This document shows positions 1 through 10,216 of a DNA stretch of 64,000 nucleotides, in pieces. Positions within the stretch are counted from its first letter, which is position 1. Each line of letters starts with the position of its first letter. The notes under the pieces are model-generated. The model saw nothing but the letters and a program-made list of their open reading frames with translations, did no database searches and was not told where the DNA came from. The DNA lies in assembly GCA_963801355.1 (NCBI GenBank), contig CAWDEM010000008.1:992001-1056000 (forward strand), given 5' to 3'. Position numbers and translations under genes: made by a program. This DNA is from Ignavibacteriota bacterium (GTDB lineage Bacteria; Bacteroidota; Ignavibacteria; UBA10030; UBA6906).

Positions 1-1009
1 AAACATGGCGGTGTACTTCACTTTTGTGAAGCCCGGCGACACGCTGATGGGGATGAACCTCTCGCACGGCGGCCACCTCACACACGGCTCACCGGTGAAC
101 TTCTCCGGCCAGTTCTACCGGTTCGTTCCGTACGGCGTGCGCGCCGACACCGGGATGATTGATTTCAACGAAGTGGAGTCGCTTGCGCTGAAAGAACGCC
201 CCAAAATGATCACCGTGGGCGCAAGCGCATACTCGCGGAACATAGACTATAAGGCATTCCGGGAGATTGCTGACAGGGTGGGGGCTTTTCTCTTTGCCGA
301 TATCGCGCATCCGGCCGGACTGATTGCCAAGAAGCTGTTGAACGATCCCCTGCCCCACTGCCATGTCGTAACATCCACGACGCACAAGACGCTGCGCGGA
401 CCGCGTGGCGGGCTCATCCTTCTCGGTCAGGATTTTGACAACCCCTTCGGCCTGGTCTGGCAGAAATCCGGCCGCACCAAGCGTATGGCCGAGCTGATCG
501 ACTCCACGGTCATCCCGGGCATCCAGGGCGGACCGCTGATGCACGTCATTGCGGGGAAAGCGGTTGCCTTTGGCGAGGCGCTCGCCCCGGCGTTCGAAGT
601 CTACGCACGGCAGGTGATCGCGAACGCCAGGACCCTTGCCGCGGAGCTCGTCGCCTCCGGGTACACCGTAGTTTCGGGCGGAACCGACAACCATCTGATG
701 CTGCTCGATCTGCGCAACCGGAATATCACCGGCAAGGAGGCGCAGGAATCGCTCGACCTGTCGGGCATCACCGTGAACAAGAACGCAGTGCCGTTCGACG
801 ACAAGAGCCCGCTCATCACCAGCGGGATCCGCATCGGCACACCAGCTCTCACAACGCGCGGCATGAAGGAACCTGAAATGAAAATGGTGGCGTCCTTCAT
901 CCACCGGGTCTTAACAAACCCCGGCGACACGCGCGTGCATGCCGCGGTGGCTGCCGAGGTGGAACACCTATGTCTGGAATTTCCTCTCTATCCTTTGCTG
1001 CAGGTGTAG
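1..1009 (+). CDS. glyA: Serine hydroxymethyltransferase (5'-truncated by window edge)
   Basis: [28 protein letters not shown] (PLP lysine), [21 protein letters not shown] motifs; frame open from window start. Confidence 0.98.
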   Translation, partial: NMAVYFTFVKPGDTLMGMNLSHGGHLTHGSPVNFSGQFYRFVPYGVRADTGMIDFNEVESLALKERPKMITVGASAYSRNIDYKAFREIADRVGAFLFADIAHPAGLIAKKLLNDPLPHCHVVTSTTHKTLRGPRGGLILLGQDFDNPFGLVWQKSGRTKRMAELIDSTVIPGIQGGPLMHVIAGKAVAFGEALAPAFEVYARQVIANARTLAAELVASGYTVVSGGTDNHLMLLDLRNRNITGKEAQESLDLSGITVNKNAVPFDDKSPLITSGIRIGTPALTTRGMKEPEMKMVASFIHRVLTNPGDTRVHAAVAAEVEHLCLEFPLYPLLQV

Positions 1010-1036
1010 TGCGCATCCGGCGGAGTCTGTCGGTCT

Positions 1037-1831
1037 ATGGCTGAATCACCCCACACGGAACCGGAAGTCCAGGAAAACCACGAGATGTCGTTCTTCGACC
1101 ATCTCGAAGAACTCCGTTGGCGGCTCATCAAAGCGATGATCGGCATTGTCCTGGGCATGATCTTCTGCTGGATCTTCATTGATTGGATCATGAACCAGGT
1201 GCTGCTCAAACCGGTCCTTGCCGTCAATGCGGCACTGCCGCCCGGGCAGCCGCCGTTCACCTTGCAGAACCTCAAGCCGTTCGGGCAATTGTTCCTGTAC
1301 ATGCAGGTGGCACTGATCGGCGGTGCGATCATCAGCGTCCCGAACATTCTCTATCAGATCTGGGCGTTCATCGCCCCCGGTCTGCTTCCCAATGAACGGA
1401 AGTACATCCGGGCGATTGTTTTCTTCTCGTCCTTCTGCTTCCTGTCCGGCATCGCATTCGCCTACTTCATCATGTTGCCGGCTGCTCTGAGTTTCTTTTC
1501 GACATTCGGAACCACCGCGATCGAGAACAACATCGCCATCAATGAGTACATGAATTTCGTCATCAGCGTGATGCTGTCCGCGGGCGTCGTGTTTGAACTG
1601 CCCATGGTCTCCTGGTTCCTGTCGAAGCTCGGCATCCTGACGCCCAAGTTCATGCGCCATTACCGCCGTCATGCCATCGTGGCGATCTTTATCCTCTCGG
1701 CGTTTCTGACTCCCGGCACTGATCCCGTCAGCCAGGTGCTGTTGGCCGTCCCCCTGATGGGGCTGTACGAGATCAGCATCCTGGTTTCTGCATGGGCATC
1801 GCGGAAGCGTGAACAATCCCTGGCATCCTAA
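1037..1831 (+). CDS. tatC: Twin-arginine translocase subunit TatC
   Basis: MSFFDHLEELRWRL, YQIWAFIAPGL, FELP, LTPGTD..SQ, LYEISI; multiple TM segments. Confidence 0.97.
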   Translation: MAESPHTEPEVQENHEMSFFDHLEELRWRLIKAMIGIVLGMIFCWIFIDWIMNQVLLKPVLAVNAALPPGQPPFTLQNLKPFGQLFLYMQVALIGGAIISVPNILYQIWAFIAPGLLPNERKYIRAIVFFSSFCFLSGIAFAYFIMLPAALSFFSTFGTTAIENNIAINEYMNFVISVMLSAGVVFELPMVSWFLSKLGILTPKFMRHYRRHAIVAIFILSAFLTPGTDPVSQVLLAVPLMGLYEISILVSAWASRKREQSLAS

Positions 1832-1846
1832 CCAACCGACGGACGT

Positions 1847-2830
1847 GTGAGGCCCGGTGTGACACTGCAAGAAATCGTGCAACCTGTTGAGCAGCACCTC
1901 ACGCTATTCGACCGTCATTTCCGCGAGGCCATCCGATCGCGCATCGGGCTTGTGGACCTGGTGACGCGCTACATCGTCCGCCAGAAGGGCAAACGGGTGC
2001 GCCCCATCCTGGTCCTGCTGAGCGCCGACCTCTGCGGCGGGATCAACGAACGGAGCTACCGCGGCGCAACGCTGGTGGAGATCCTGCATACGGCGACACT
2101 GGTCCATGATGACGTCGTGGACAACTCCGACACACGCCGCGGCCTTGCATCCATCAATGCCATCTGGAAAAACAAGATTGCGGTCCTGATGGGAGACTAC
2201 CTGCTCTCGCGGGGACTCCTTCTGTCGCTGGATCACGATGACTTCGGATTCCTGAAGATCACCTCCCAGGCCGTCCGCAGGATGAGCGAGGGAGAATTGA
2301 ATCAGATCGCCCGTGCGCGAAAGCTCGACATGGACGAGGCGGGGTATCTCAAGGTGATCGGTGACAAGACGGCCTCACTCCTCGCCACCTGTTGTGAGAT
2401 TGGTGCGTCGAGCGCCACTGCCGACCCCGGGCGCCATCGCCTGTTGCGCGACTACGGCGAAGCGGTCGGTATGGCATTCCAGATCCGCGATGATATTCTT
2501 GACTATGTCGGGAGGAAGAGCATCACCGGGAAGCCCACCGGCCTCGATCTGAGCGAAAAGAAGCTCACGCTGCCGCTGATTCACAGTCTCACGGTGGCGC
2601 CGCGGGCGGAGGGGAAGGGTGTTCTCGGGATGATCAGAGACGGGGGGAAGAAGCTCAAGGAGCGCGATGTCGCGGCGTTCGTTACCCGCTACGGGGGGAT
2701 CACCTACGCTCTCACATGCGCACGTGGGTATGCCCGGCATGCCCAGGAACTCATCGCGGAGTTCCCGGATTCGCCGGCGAAAACGTCACTTCATGCATTT
2801 GCGGATTTCGTGATCGAGCGGGACAAGTAG
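1847..2830 (+). CDS. Trans-polyprenyl (octaprenyl-type) diphosphate synthase
   Basis: GKRVRP, LVHDDVVDNSDTRRG (FARM), GDYLL, KTASL, AFQIRDDILD (SARM). Confidence 0.93.
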   Translation: MRPGVTLQEIVQPVEQHLTLFDRHFREAIRSRIGLVDLVTRYIVRQKGKRVRPILVLLSADLCGGINERSYRGATLVEILHTATLVHDDVVDNSDTRRGLASINAIWKNKIAVLMGDYLLSRGLLLSLDHDDFGFLKITSQAVRRMSEGELNQIARARKLDMDEAGYLKVIGDKTASLLATCCEIGASSATADPGRHRLLRDYGEAVGMAFQIRDDILDYVGRKSITGKPTGLDLSEKKLTLPLIHSLTVAPRAEGKGVLGMIRDGGKKLKERDVAAFVTRYGGITYALTCARGYARHAQELIAEFPDSPAKTSLHAFADFVIERDK

Positions 2831-2832
2831 GC

Positions 2833-3405
2833 TCAATAGTCCTGCGGACGCACGGTCAGCACCGGGCAGTGGGCATGACGCACAATACGGTCAGCCGTGC
2901 TCCCGAAGAGCATATGCTCCACTCCGCTGTGGCCGTGCGTCGCGACGACGATCAGGTCGACCTTCCGCTCTTCCGCTTCAGTCAGAATTTCGTGATGCGG
3001 ATTTCCCGTACGCACCGTCGTGGTGGCATCCACCCGGCCGGCGATTTCTTTGTCCACGAGCGCCTGCAACTCTTCCGAACCCTTCTGCCGTAGTTCATCC
3101 TCGACCCCAGGCAGCACGACCTGCCCGAAACCCAGATCGGCCGGGTAGATTGTCGGTTCCACCACGTACACCAGATGGAGCCGCGCGCCGAACTGTACCG
3201 CCATCGGGATCGCATACTTCAGCGCATTCTTGGAATGCACCGAGAAGTCGATGGGGACAAGGATAGACTTGAGGTCGAGCTCGGGTACGGGGGCAGGTTG
3301 AGCTGCCGGTGCGGGCCGCGGACGGAGTTTCTTCGTCGAACGCGCTGCAATGCGCACGCGGAGCGGCTTGGATGGACGTGAAGGCTTACGGGCGGACTTC
3401 TTCAT
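2833..3405 (-). CDS. Universal stress protein with basic N-terminal extension
   Basis: ILVPIDFS, DLIVVATHGHSG, LFGSTADRIVRHAHCPVLTVR. Confidence 0.93.
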   Translation of the reverse strand: MKKSARKPSRPSKPLRVRIAARSTKKLRPRPAPAAQPAPVPELDLKSILVPIDFSVHSKNALKYAIPMAVQFGARLHLVYVVEPTIYPADLGFGQVVLPGVEDELRQKGSEELQALVDKEIAGRVDATTTVRTGNPHHEILTEAEERKVDLIVVATHGHSGVEHMLFGSTADRIVRHAHCPVLTVRPQDY

Positions 3406-3459
3406 CGCACACCTCCTGCGTCAGGGAATGAACGTCAGCTGTTGAATGATCTCCAGCTC

Positions 3460-4434
3460 TTAGTGATGCCTGGTTCTTGGAGACCCTTGGCTCTTGGTGA
3501 TCCTTACCTTTTCTTCATAGACGAATGACAGCCATTTGTGCGGATCGTTTGCGTTCTGGACGACGTCAAAGAACGCCGATTGCAGACGTTTCGTGACCGG
3601 ACCGGGCTTGCCCGATCCGACCGGCTGCTTGTCCACGCTGCGGATCGGCGTCACCTCCGCCGCAGTCCCTGTAAAGAACAGCTCGTCGGCCACATACACC
3701 ATTTCCCGGGGAATCGCCATTTCCTTCACCGTGATCCCCAGCTCCTCAGCGAGCTGCATGATGGAGAGACGGGTGATGCCGGGCAGCAACGCCGAGCTGT
3801 ACGGCGGTGTGTGTATGATGCCGTCGCGCACGACGAAAAGGTTTTCCCCGCTCCCCTCACTCAGATACCCGTTCGTGTCCAGAGCGATGGCTTCACTGAA
3901 GCCGGCCTGAAGGGCCTCCACCTTCATGAGCTGTGAGAGCAGATAATTGCCTCCTGCCTTCGCCATTGTGGGGAGGGTGTTGGGGGCCGGGCGCTGCCAG
4001 GTGGAGATGCACACGTCGATGCCATCCGCAAGTGCGGCCTGACCCAGGTACGTGCCCCACTCCCAGACCGCGATGACCGTGTCCACGGGGCAGTTAAGGG
4101 GATTCACGCCGACATCGCCGTACCCCCGGTAGATCACCGGGCGGATGTAACATGCGCGCATCTTGTTCGCCCGGATCGTCTCCATCACCGCATCAGTCAG
4201 CTGCGCTTCGGTGTACTTCGACGGTGTGCGGTAGATTTTTACGGAGTCAAGCAACCGTCGCATGTGCGGCTGCAGCCGAAACACGGCAGGTCCTTTCGCC
4301 GTGTCGTAGCATCGAATGCCCTCAAACCAGCTTGTGCCGTAGTGGACGACGTGGGAGAGCACATGAATCTTTGCGTCGTCCCATTTGACCAGCGAACCAT
4401 TCATCCAGATTGTGTCGACTTTCTTGACCGGCAT
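3460..4434 (-). CDS. ilvE: Branched-chain amino acid aminotransferase
   Basis: HYGTSWFEGIR, YIRP, AKAGGNY, SEGSGENLF, LPGITR, ADELFFTGTAAEVTPI. Confidence 0.96.
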   Translation of the reverse strand: MPVKKVDTIWMNGSLVKWDDAKIHVLSHVVHYGTSWFEGIRCYDTAKGPAVFRLQPHMRRLLDSVKIYRTPSKYTEAQLTDAVMETIRANKMRACYIRPVIYRGYGDVGVNPLNCPVDTVIAVWEWGTYLGQAALADGIDVCISTWQRPAPNTLPTMAKAGGNYLLSQLMKVEALQAGFSEAIALDTNGYLSEGSGENLFVVRDGIIHTPPYSSALLPGITRLSIMQLAEELGITVKEMAIPREMVYVADELFFTGTAAEVTPIRSVDKQPVGSGKPGPVTKRLQSAFFDVVQNANDPHKWLSFVYEEKVRITKSQGSPRTRHH

Positions 4435-4461
4435 GGTATCCTCGTGTTCTCGAAAGAAGTG

Positions 4462-5583
4462 CTACCGGAGCGGCATCTGGTACAGTCGATGCCTCTTGAT
4501 GACCTCTCCGTTCATCATTTGTGCTCCACGATTCATCATCACGTTGTCCTCCAACACCCAGCTGGCCTCGCCGTGGGGCATTCCATTCCTGGTAATGCGC
4601 CTGCCTGTTTCGTAAAAGAGAATCCCGCCGATGCCAGAATTGCGGTACTCCGGCAGGACGCCCAGCATGACTATCCGGGCATACGTGATCCGCTTCTTGA
4701 ACAGCAGGATTCTGACAACAGCGGGAAGCAACCAGCCGTGTTTGTTGTCCTTGAAAATCTGATTGTAATCAGGCAGCGTCAGACCGAACCCCACGGCTTT
4801 CCCCTTGACCTCTGCAATGACGACGAGTTCGGGGTTGACGATCATTTTCAGGTCGGCGGCCATGAAGTCGAATTCTTCGTCGGTGAGGGGCACGTCGCCC
4901 CAGTTCGCTTCCCACCCCCGCGTGTAGAGGATGTGGACCTTTTCGACATCGTTCGCGAAATCCTTCATGTTGAGCGATCGGAAGACCAGCCCCTGGCGTT
5001 GTTTTGCAGCCTCCGACACCCGGACGAACTTCTCCGAAAACACCTTGTCACTATGGAGATACCACGTGAGGAGATCCTTTGCCTTCGCAAAGCCATAGGC
5101 CTCGGTGAACTCCGGATAGTACGGGGGGTTATACGACATCAGGATCGCCGGCGTCCGGTCAAATCCCTCCACGAGCATTCCGTACTCGTCATTGACCGAC
5201 GGACTGGCGGGGCCACGGATGGCATCCACCCCTTGTGCGGCAAGCCATTTCTTTGCCGCGTCGAAAAGTGCGAACGCGACTTTCTGATCACGTATGCATT
5301 CGAAGAAGCCGAAGAACCCGATATTTTCGTTGTGTTGCTTGTTATGATTGTGATTCACGATCGCGGCAATCCGTCCGACCACCTTTCCCTCGCGCTCTGC
5401 CAGGAAAAACTCAGCTTCGGCATGTTTGTAGAAGGGGTTTTTCGAGCGGTCGACCAGCTTGCGCCGGTCCATCAGCAGCGGCGGCACCCAGTTGGGGTTG
5501 TTCTTGTACGGCACCCATTGAAACTTCACGAACCGCCGCATGTCCCGTGGAGAGCGCGCCGGTCTGGTGATCACATCCGCCAT
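4462..5583 (-). CDS. YghO-like GNAT-fold acyltransferase; probable bacterial ceramide synthase (bCerS)
   Basis: WVPPL, NPFY.HAE, GRIAA, GFFGFFEC, YNPPYY, LPDYNQ, LGVLPEYR..GI, EASWVLEDN..M; directly downstream of spt-like gene. Confidence 0.75.
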   Translation of the reverse strand: MADVITRPARSPRDMRRFVKFQWVPYKNNPNWVPPLLMDRRKLVDRSKNPFYKHAEAEFFLAEREGKVVGRIAAIVNHNHNKQHNENIGFFGFFECIRDQKVAFALFDAAKKWLAAQGVDAIRGPASPSVNDEYGMLVEGFDRTPAILMSYNPPYYPEFTEAYGFAKAKDLLTWYLHSDKVFSEKFVRVSEAAKQRQGLVFRSLNMKDFANDVEKVHILYTRGWEANWGDVPLTDEEFDFMAADLKMIVNPELVVIAEVKGKAVGFGLTLPDYNQIFKDNKHGWLLPAVVRILLFKKRITYARIVMLGVLPEYRNSGIGGILFYETGRRITRNGMPHGEASWVLEDNVMMNRGAQMMNGEVIKRHRLYQMPLR

Positions 5584-5592
5584 GCGGACTCC

Positions 5593-6852
5593 TTACGTGA
5601 TGATCCCGAGTTTCTTGCCGATTGTGCCGAAAGCTTCGAGGATCCTGTTCAGGTGCACATCCTCATGTGTGGCCATGTAACTTGTCCGCAGCATTGCCAT
5701 CCCGGGAGGGACGCCGGGGCTCACGAACGCATTGACGAAGACGCCTGCCTCGAAGAGTTCCCGCCAGAAGATGAATGTCTGCGTATCTTCCCCGATAATC
5801 ACCGGCACAATTGCAGTCTGCGAATCGATCACCTTGAATCCCATCGCATGGAAGCCTTTGCGCATTTTGTCGGCATTGGCGATCAGGCGGGTTATCCGCC
5901 CGGGTTCTTGCTGCAGAATTTCCAGCGAGGCCAGAGCCGCTGCCACCGCAGCGGGCGTGGGACTGGCAGAGAAGATGAGCGCGGGTGCGTGGTGCTTCAG
6001 GTAGTTGATCACCGCCCTTTCACCGACCACAAATCCGCCAAGCGAAGAGAACGTCTTGGAGAACGTCCCCATCGTCATATCGACTTCCTTCTCGAGTCCG
6101 AAGTGGCTTGCGGTACCCCTCCCGCCCTTTCCGATCACGCCGGTTGAATGGGCATCATCAATCATTACGCGCGCATTGTGCCGGTGCGCGGCCTCCACGA
6201 GGCGGGGAAGGTCGACGATCGCCCCGGTGGTGCTGAACACACCGTCGGAGACTACGAGTTTCGCGCTCTCCCGGGGAAGTTTCGACAGCACGCGTTCGAG
6301 ATCATCCATATCGTTGTGCTTGTACCGCACGAACTCGGCGAACGCCCCCTTGGCCATGAGATTGCCGGCCACGATACAGGCATGGTTGTCCTTGTCCGAG
6401 ACAACGTATTCCCCCTTCTGCACCAACGTCGGAATGATCCCCTGTGCAGTCTGGTAGCCTGTGCTGAACAGAAGGCACGCCTCTTTGCCGAAGAACTTCG
6501 CCAGGCGATCTTCAAGCTGGATGTGCAGATCCAATGTCCCCGTGAGATAACGGGATCCCGAGCATCCTGTTCCGTACTTGAGCACCGCCTGCACTGCGGC
6601 GTCTTTCACGCGCGGGTCCGCCGTCAGACCGAGGTAGTTGTTACTGCCCGCCATGATGATTTTGCGGCCCTCGATTGTCACGACCGGACCTTCATTTTCT
6701 TCGATCGGGCGGAAATACGGATACAATCCCGCAGCAATTATCTCATCTGCGCGCGTAAAAGACCAGCACTTCTGAAACAGATCCACCGGCTGTTTTTTCG
6801 CCGAATCGGCAGAAGTGCCAGCGTGAGCGGCTGGCGCTGGGTGTGATGGCAT
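5593..6852 (-). CDS. spt: Serine palmitoyltransferase-like alpha-oxoamine synthase
   Basis: [51 protein letters not shown]; N-terminal YPYFR segment and context fit Spt better than BioF/Kbl; start at 6852 (GTG at 6786 also possible). Confidence 0.78.
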   Translation of the reverse strand: MPSHPAPAAHAGTSADSAKKQPVDLFQKCWSFTRADEIIAAGLYPYFRPIEENEGPVVTIEGRKIIMAGSNNYLGLTADPRVKDAAVQAVLKYGTGCSGSRYLTGTLDLHIQLEDRLAKFFGKEACLLFSTGYQTAQGIIPTLVQKGEYVVSDKDNHACIVAGNLMAKGAFAEFVRYKHNDMDDLERVLSKLPRESAKLVVSDGVFSTTGAIVDLPRLVEAAHRHNARVMIDDAHSTGVIGKGGRGTASHFGLEKEVDMTMGTFSKTFSSLGGFVVGERAVINYLKHHAPALIFSASPTPAAVAAALASLEILQQEPGRITRLIANADKMRKGFHAMGFKVIDSQTAIVPVIIGEDTQTFIFWRELFEAGVFVNAFVSPGVPPGMAMLRTSYMATHEDVHLNRILEAFGTIGKKLGIIT

Positions 6853-6903
6853 TGGATATCTCTGGGATCCTGGTACGGAAGATTGATTAGATGAAAGCAT
6901 TTT

Positions 6904-6932
6904 AATATACTTACACTGCCTCGAAAAGTCAA
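6904..6932 (-). promoter_or_regulatory. Sigma70-type promoter for spt-bCerS-ilvE genes
   Basis: Minus strand TTGACT-N17-TATATT in the AT-rich divergent intergenic gap. Confidence 0.65.
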
Positions 6933-6946
6933 TTATAAGGAACAGC

Positions 6947-7933
6947 ATGCACGCACTCGTCACAGGAGCAAGCGGATTCATCGGCAGTCATCTCGTTGAA
7001 CTCCTTCTCAAACGGGGTTACACGGTCCGATGCCTTCTGCGAAGGAGCAGCAGTACGGCCTGGTTGAAGGGCCTCCCCCTTGAAATCGTGTATGGTGATG
7101 TCTTTGATGTGCCGGCACTGGAAAAGGCCGTTACGGGGATGGATTACGTCTACCACTCCGCGGGCCTCACGAAAGCAAAAAAGAAGGAAGAATACTTCAG
7201 GGCCAATGCGGAAGGGACTCGCCTCCTGCTTGACGCCACGATCAACGTGAATCCCGGGTTGAAGCGGTTCGTGTTCCTGAGCAGTCAGACGGCGGCGGGT
7301 CCGAGCCCTACACCGGCACCCATTGCGGAAGTCGCCCCTGCCAATCCCATCACCACGTACGGTCGCTCCAAGCTGGCCGCGGAGAAGATCGTGCTCGCCG
7401 CAAAGGATCGCGTGCCGGTCACCGTTCTGCGCCTGCCGGCGGTGTACGGGCAACGGGACAAAGACATACTCGAATTCTTCCGGACAATGCGGAGCGGCAT
7501 CCAGCCTGTGGCGGGGTTTAACGTGAAATACGTGAGCCTGTTGCACGTCAGCGACGTCGTGCGCGGGGTTGTCATGGCCGGGGAAAGCTCCGTCGCCGCA
7601 GGTCAGCTCTATTTCATATCCAGCAGCCGTGTGTACGGCTGGGATGAGATCGGGAAAATCTCGCGCAAGGTCCTGGGGCGAAAGGCGCTTACCCTCAAGA
7701 TACCGGAATGGGGAATTTACACGGTTTCCGCCTTTGCCGAGTTCCTCGCGCTGTTCAGCTCGAAGCCGGCGCTTATCAACTTTGAAAAAGCCAGGGACAT
7801 GGTGCAGGACTACTGGACGTGCGATTCGTCCAAGGCCAAACGCGACTTCGGGTACGAGCAGCAGATCAGCGCAGAGGAAGGAATCAAGCAGACGATTGCG
7901 TGGTATGTGGAGAAGGGGTGGATTAAGGCATGA
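6947..7933 (+). CDS. NAD-dependent epimerase/dehydratase (extended SDR); CerR-like ceramide reductase candidate
   Basis: [40 protein letters not shown]; divergent from spt. Confidence 0.8.
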   Translation: MHALVTGASGFIGSHLVELLLKRGYTVRCLLRRSSSTAWLKGLPLEIVYGDVFDVPALEKAVTGMDYVYHSAGLTKAKKKEEYFRANAEGTRLLLDATINVNPGLKRFVFLSSQTAAGPSPTPAPIAEVAPANPITTYGRSKLAAEKIVLAAKDRVPVTVLRLPAVYGQRDKDILEFFRTMRSGIQPVAGFNVKYVSLLHVSDVVRGVVMAGESSVAAGQLYFISSSRVYGWDEIGKISRKVLGRKALTLKIPEWGIYTVSAFAEFLALFSSKPALINFEKARDMVQDYWTCDSSKAKRDFGYEQQISAEEGIKQTIAWYVEKGWIKA

Positions 7934-7937
7934 ACAT

Positions 7938-7983
7938 GGGGTCTGACCCCTGTACACGTGAGGCGTATATGGGGTCTGACCCC
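7938..7983. repeat. Doublet of 13-bp palindrome GGGGTCTGACCCC with 20-bp spacer (REP/STIR-like)
   Basis: Copies at 7938-7950 and 7971-7983 between convergent genes; same geometry at 40969-41014. Confidence 0.85.
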
Positions 7984-7988
7984 GATGA

Positions 7989-9467
7989 CTAGAATGGATT
8001 CTCCGTGGGGTAGTACGCACCCTTTGGCAAATTAAAGAACACCTCGCTCACCCCGAGCATCCGGCTCGCCGCGAACAGAGTCTTCCCCGCATGCTTGAAT
8101 GCAATGGCCGTGTGGTGCGGGAAGCGCTTCTCGATCAGCACGTGGCGGTAAAACCGGCCCATCTCAGGGATGGCAAAAACTCCGATGCATCCGAACGATT
8201 TGGGGTTTATCGCGAGCACTTCGCCGTTGGCAACGTACGCGCGCAGTTCCGCTGTACTCGTCGCCTGCAGCCTGAAAACCGAAATCGGTCCCGCCTTGAT
8301 TTGACCCTCGACCGTCCCGCGTGTAATATTCGGTTCTTTCCCCGGCTCCAGAAGCCGGTGCATGATCATCTGATGCTGCATAACGGGATTGATGATGCAC
8401 CCAGCGGATGTATTTCCGCAGTGGAACCCCATCCAGAGATCCGACAATGCATAACTCCCGATCTCTTCCCTGCTCTCCTCGTACATATCCTTGGGCACGG
8501 TATTGTTGATGTCCAGAATCGCCGGTGGAACTTCGGTCGCGCACACCGCCATGTATTCGCTCAATGCGCCGTAGATGTCCGCCTCACAGGCCACCGGGAC
8601 GCCCCTGGCTGCAAGGCGTGAATTCAGGTAGCATGGCACATGACCGAAGTATTTTTGAAATGCAGGCCAGCACTTGTTGGCGAAGGCGCAGTACTTCGCT
8701 GCACCGAGATGCGCATGCATGTACTGTTCCAGAGCGAATTCATACTGTGCGAGTTTCACAAGGAGCTGCGGATAGGTGTTTCCGTTTTTCAATTCGCCTG
8801 TCATCTCCTGCACGATCTTCCTGACTTCAGGAGAATCTTCCTGCGCCTGCACGACGTCCAGAAGATCCAGTTCGCTGTTCTCCATGATCTCCACCCCGAG
8901 GTCGTGCAACGGCTGGATCGGGGCATGGCAGGTCAGGAAATCGAAGGGCCGCGGGCCGAACGAGATGATCTTGAGATTGCGCACGCCGATGACCACGCGT
9001 GCGACGGGAATAAATTCGCCGATCATCGTCGCAACATCCTCGGGGTCACCGACAGGGTACTCGGGGATGTAGGGATGCAATCGGCGCAGACCGATGCTGT
9101 ACGAGGCGCTGAGCATTCCGCAATAGGCATCACCCCTGCCGTTGATGAGATCGTTTCCGGTGTCCTCGGCCGCCGCCACGAACATGGCCGGCCCTGTGAA
9201 TTTCTGCGCCAGCATCGTGGAAGGGCCTTCGGGGCCGAAATTCCCGAGATAAACAGCGATGGCGTTCACTCCCCTCCCCGACATTTCGTCGAGAGCCTTC
9301 AAGACATCCTGCTCATTTTCGATGATCGTCTCGATTTCGACAATCGGGATCTTCTTCGCCGCACAAGCCGCTGCGACTTTCTTCCGCCGCTGACGCGAGA
9401 GCTCAATCGGAAAACAATCGCGGCTGACCGCCACCAGGCCGAGCGTAACAACGGGAATATTCTGCAT
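7989..9467 (-). CDS. L-fucose/L-arabinose isomerase family protein
   Basis: AVSRDCFP, LGNFGPEGP, RGDAYCG, CWPAFQ, ACEADIYGA, FHCGN, PHHTA; AAGGAG RBS before ATG 9467. Confidence 0.88.
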   Translation of the reverse strand: MQNIPVVTLGLVAVSRDCFPIELSRQRRKKVAAACAAKKIPIVEIETIIENEQDVLKALDEMSGRGVNAIAVYLGNFGPEGPSTMLAQKFTGPAMFVAAAEDTGNDLINGRGDAYCGMLSASYSIGLRRLHPYIPEYPVGDPEDVATMIGEFIPVARVVIGVRNLKIISFGPRPFDFLTCHAPIQPLHDLGVEIMENSELDLLDVVQAQEDSPEVRKIVQEMTGELKNGNTYPQLLVKLAQYEFALEQYMHAHLGAAKYCAFANKCWPAFQKYFGHVPCYLNSRLAARGVPVACEADIYGALSEYMAVCATEVPPAILDINNTVPKDMYEESREEIGSYALSDLWMGFHCGNTSAGCIINPVMQHQMIMHRLLEPGKEPNITRGTVEGQIKAGPISVFRLQATSTAELRAYVANGEVLAINPKSFGCIGVFAIPEMGRFYRHVLIEKRFPHHTAIAFKHAGKTLFAASRMLGVSEVFFNLPKGAYYPTENPF

Positions 9468-9477
9468 TGACTGCTCC

Positions 9478-10176
9478 TTATCGTTTCTTCTGTCCGTACG
9501 ATGCATCCGGGCCGTGCTTCCGGCCGAAGTGCTTCTGTATCATGTAGGCGGGGAGCGGCCGCGCTTCGGGGTTCAAGCGATAGACGCCGAGCGCCATCTC
9601 CGCCACCCGCTCAAGGGCTGCACTGTTGACGACCGACTCCCCGGCATTCCCGCCCCAGCAGAAGGGTCCATGCCCCGCAACGAGCACCGCAGGCATAGAC
9701 ACTGGATTGACCCCGCGCATACGTTCGACGATCACCTTTCCCGTGTTCCGTTCATAGTCATATTCCACCTCCAGCTCGGTGAGCAGCCGCGTCACGGGAA
9801 CTGCGCCTTGGAAATGATCAGCATGCGTCGTGCCGAGACACGGGATCTCCCTCGTCGCCTGGGCGAAGACGGTTGCGCAGGTACTGTGGGTGTGGGTGAC
9901 GCCGCCGATATCGGCAAGGCTGAGGTAGAGCTCGATGTGCGCCAGCGTGTCAGACGATGGCTTGAGCCGTCCTTCGACCACCTTTCCTTGCAGATCCACG
10001 ATGACCATGTCTGCCGGTTTCAGAGTCTCATACGAAACACCGCTGGGCTTGATCACCACCAGTCCGCGCCCCCGGTCGAACCCGCTTACATTTCCCCAGG
10101 TGAGAGTCACCAATCCCAATCGCACAAGGCTTTTATTTGCCTCCGCGACTTCTTTCCGCAGACCGGGGAGCATCAT
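9478..10176 (-). CDS. araD: L-ribulose-5-phosphate 4-epimerase
   Basis: LTWGNVSG, IKPSGV, KPSSDT, THTHS, GTTHADHF, GHGPF.WG, RKHG..ASYGQ. Confidence 0.95.
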   Translation of the reverse strand: MMLPGLRKEVAEANKSLVRLGLVTLTWGNVSGFDRGRGLVVIKPSGVSYETLKPADMVIVDLQGKVVEGRLKPSSDTLAHIELYLSLADIGGVTHTHSTCATVFAQATREIPCLGTTHADHFQGAVPVTRLLTELEVEYDYERNTGKVIVERMRGVNPVSMPAVLVAGHGPFCWGGNAGESVVNSAALERVAEMALGVYRLNPEARPLPAYMIQKHFGRKHGPDASYGQKKR

Positions 10177-10216
10177 TCGGGCCTCCGGATTCCATGTCTC
10201 TTCACGCAGCGGAGCA

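Noticed and set aside
4264-6147. 627-aa plus-strand ORF
   Set aside because: Antisense shadow of ilvE/GNAT/spt; no motifs; typical of GC-rich DNA
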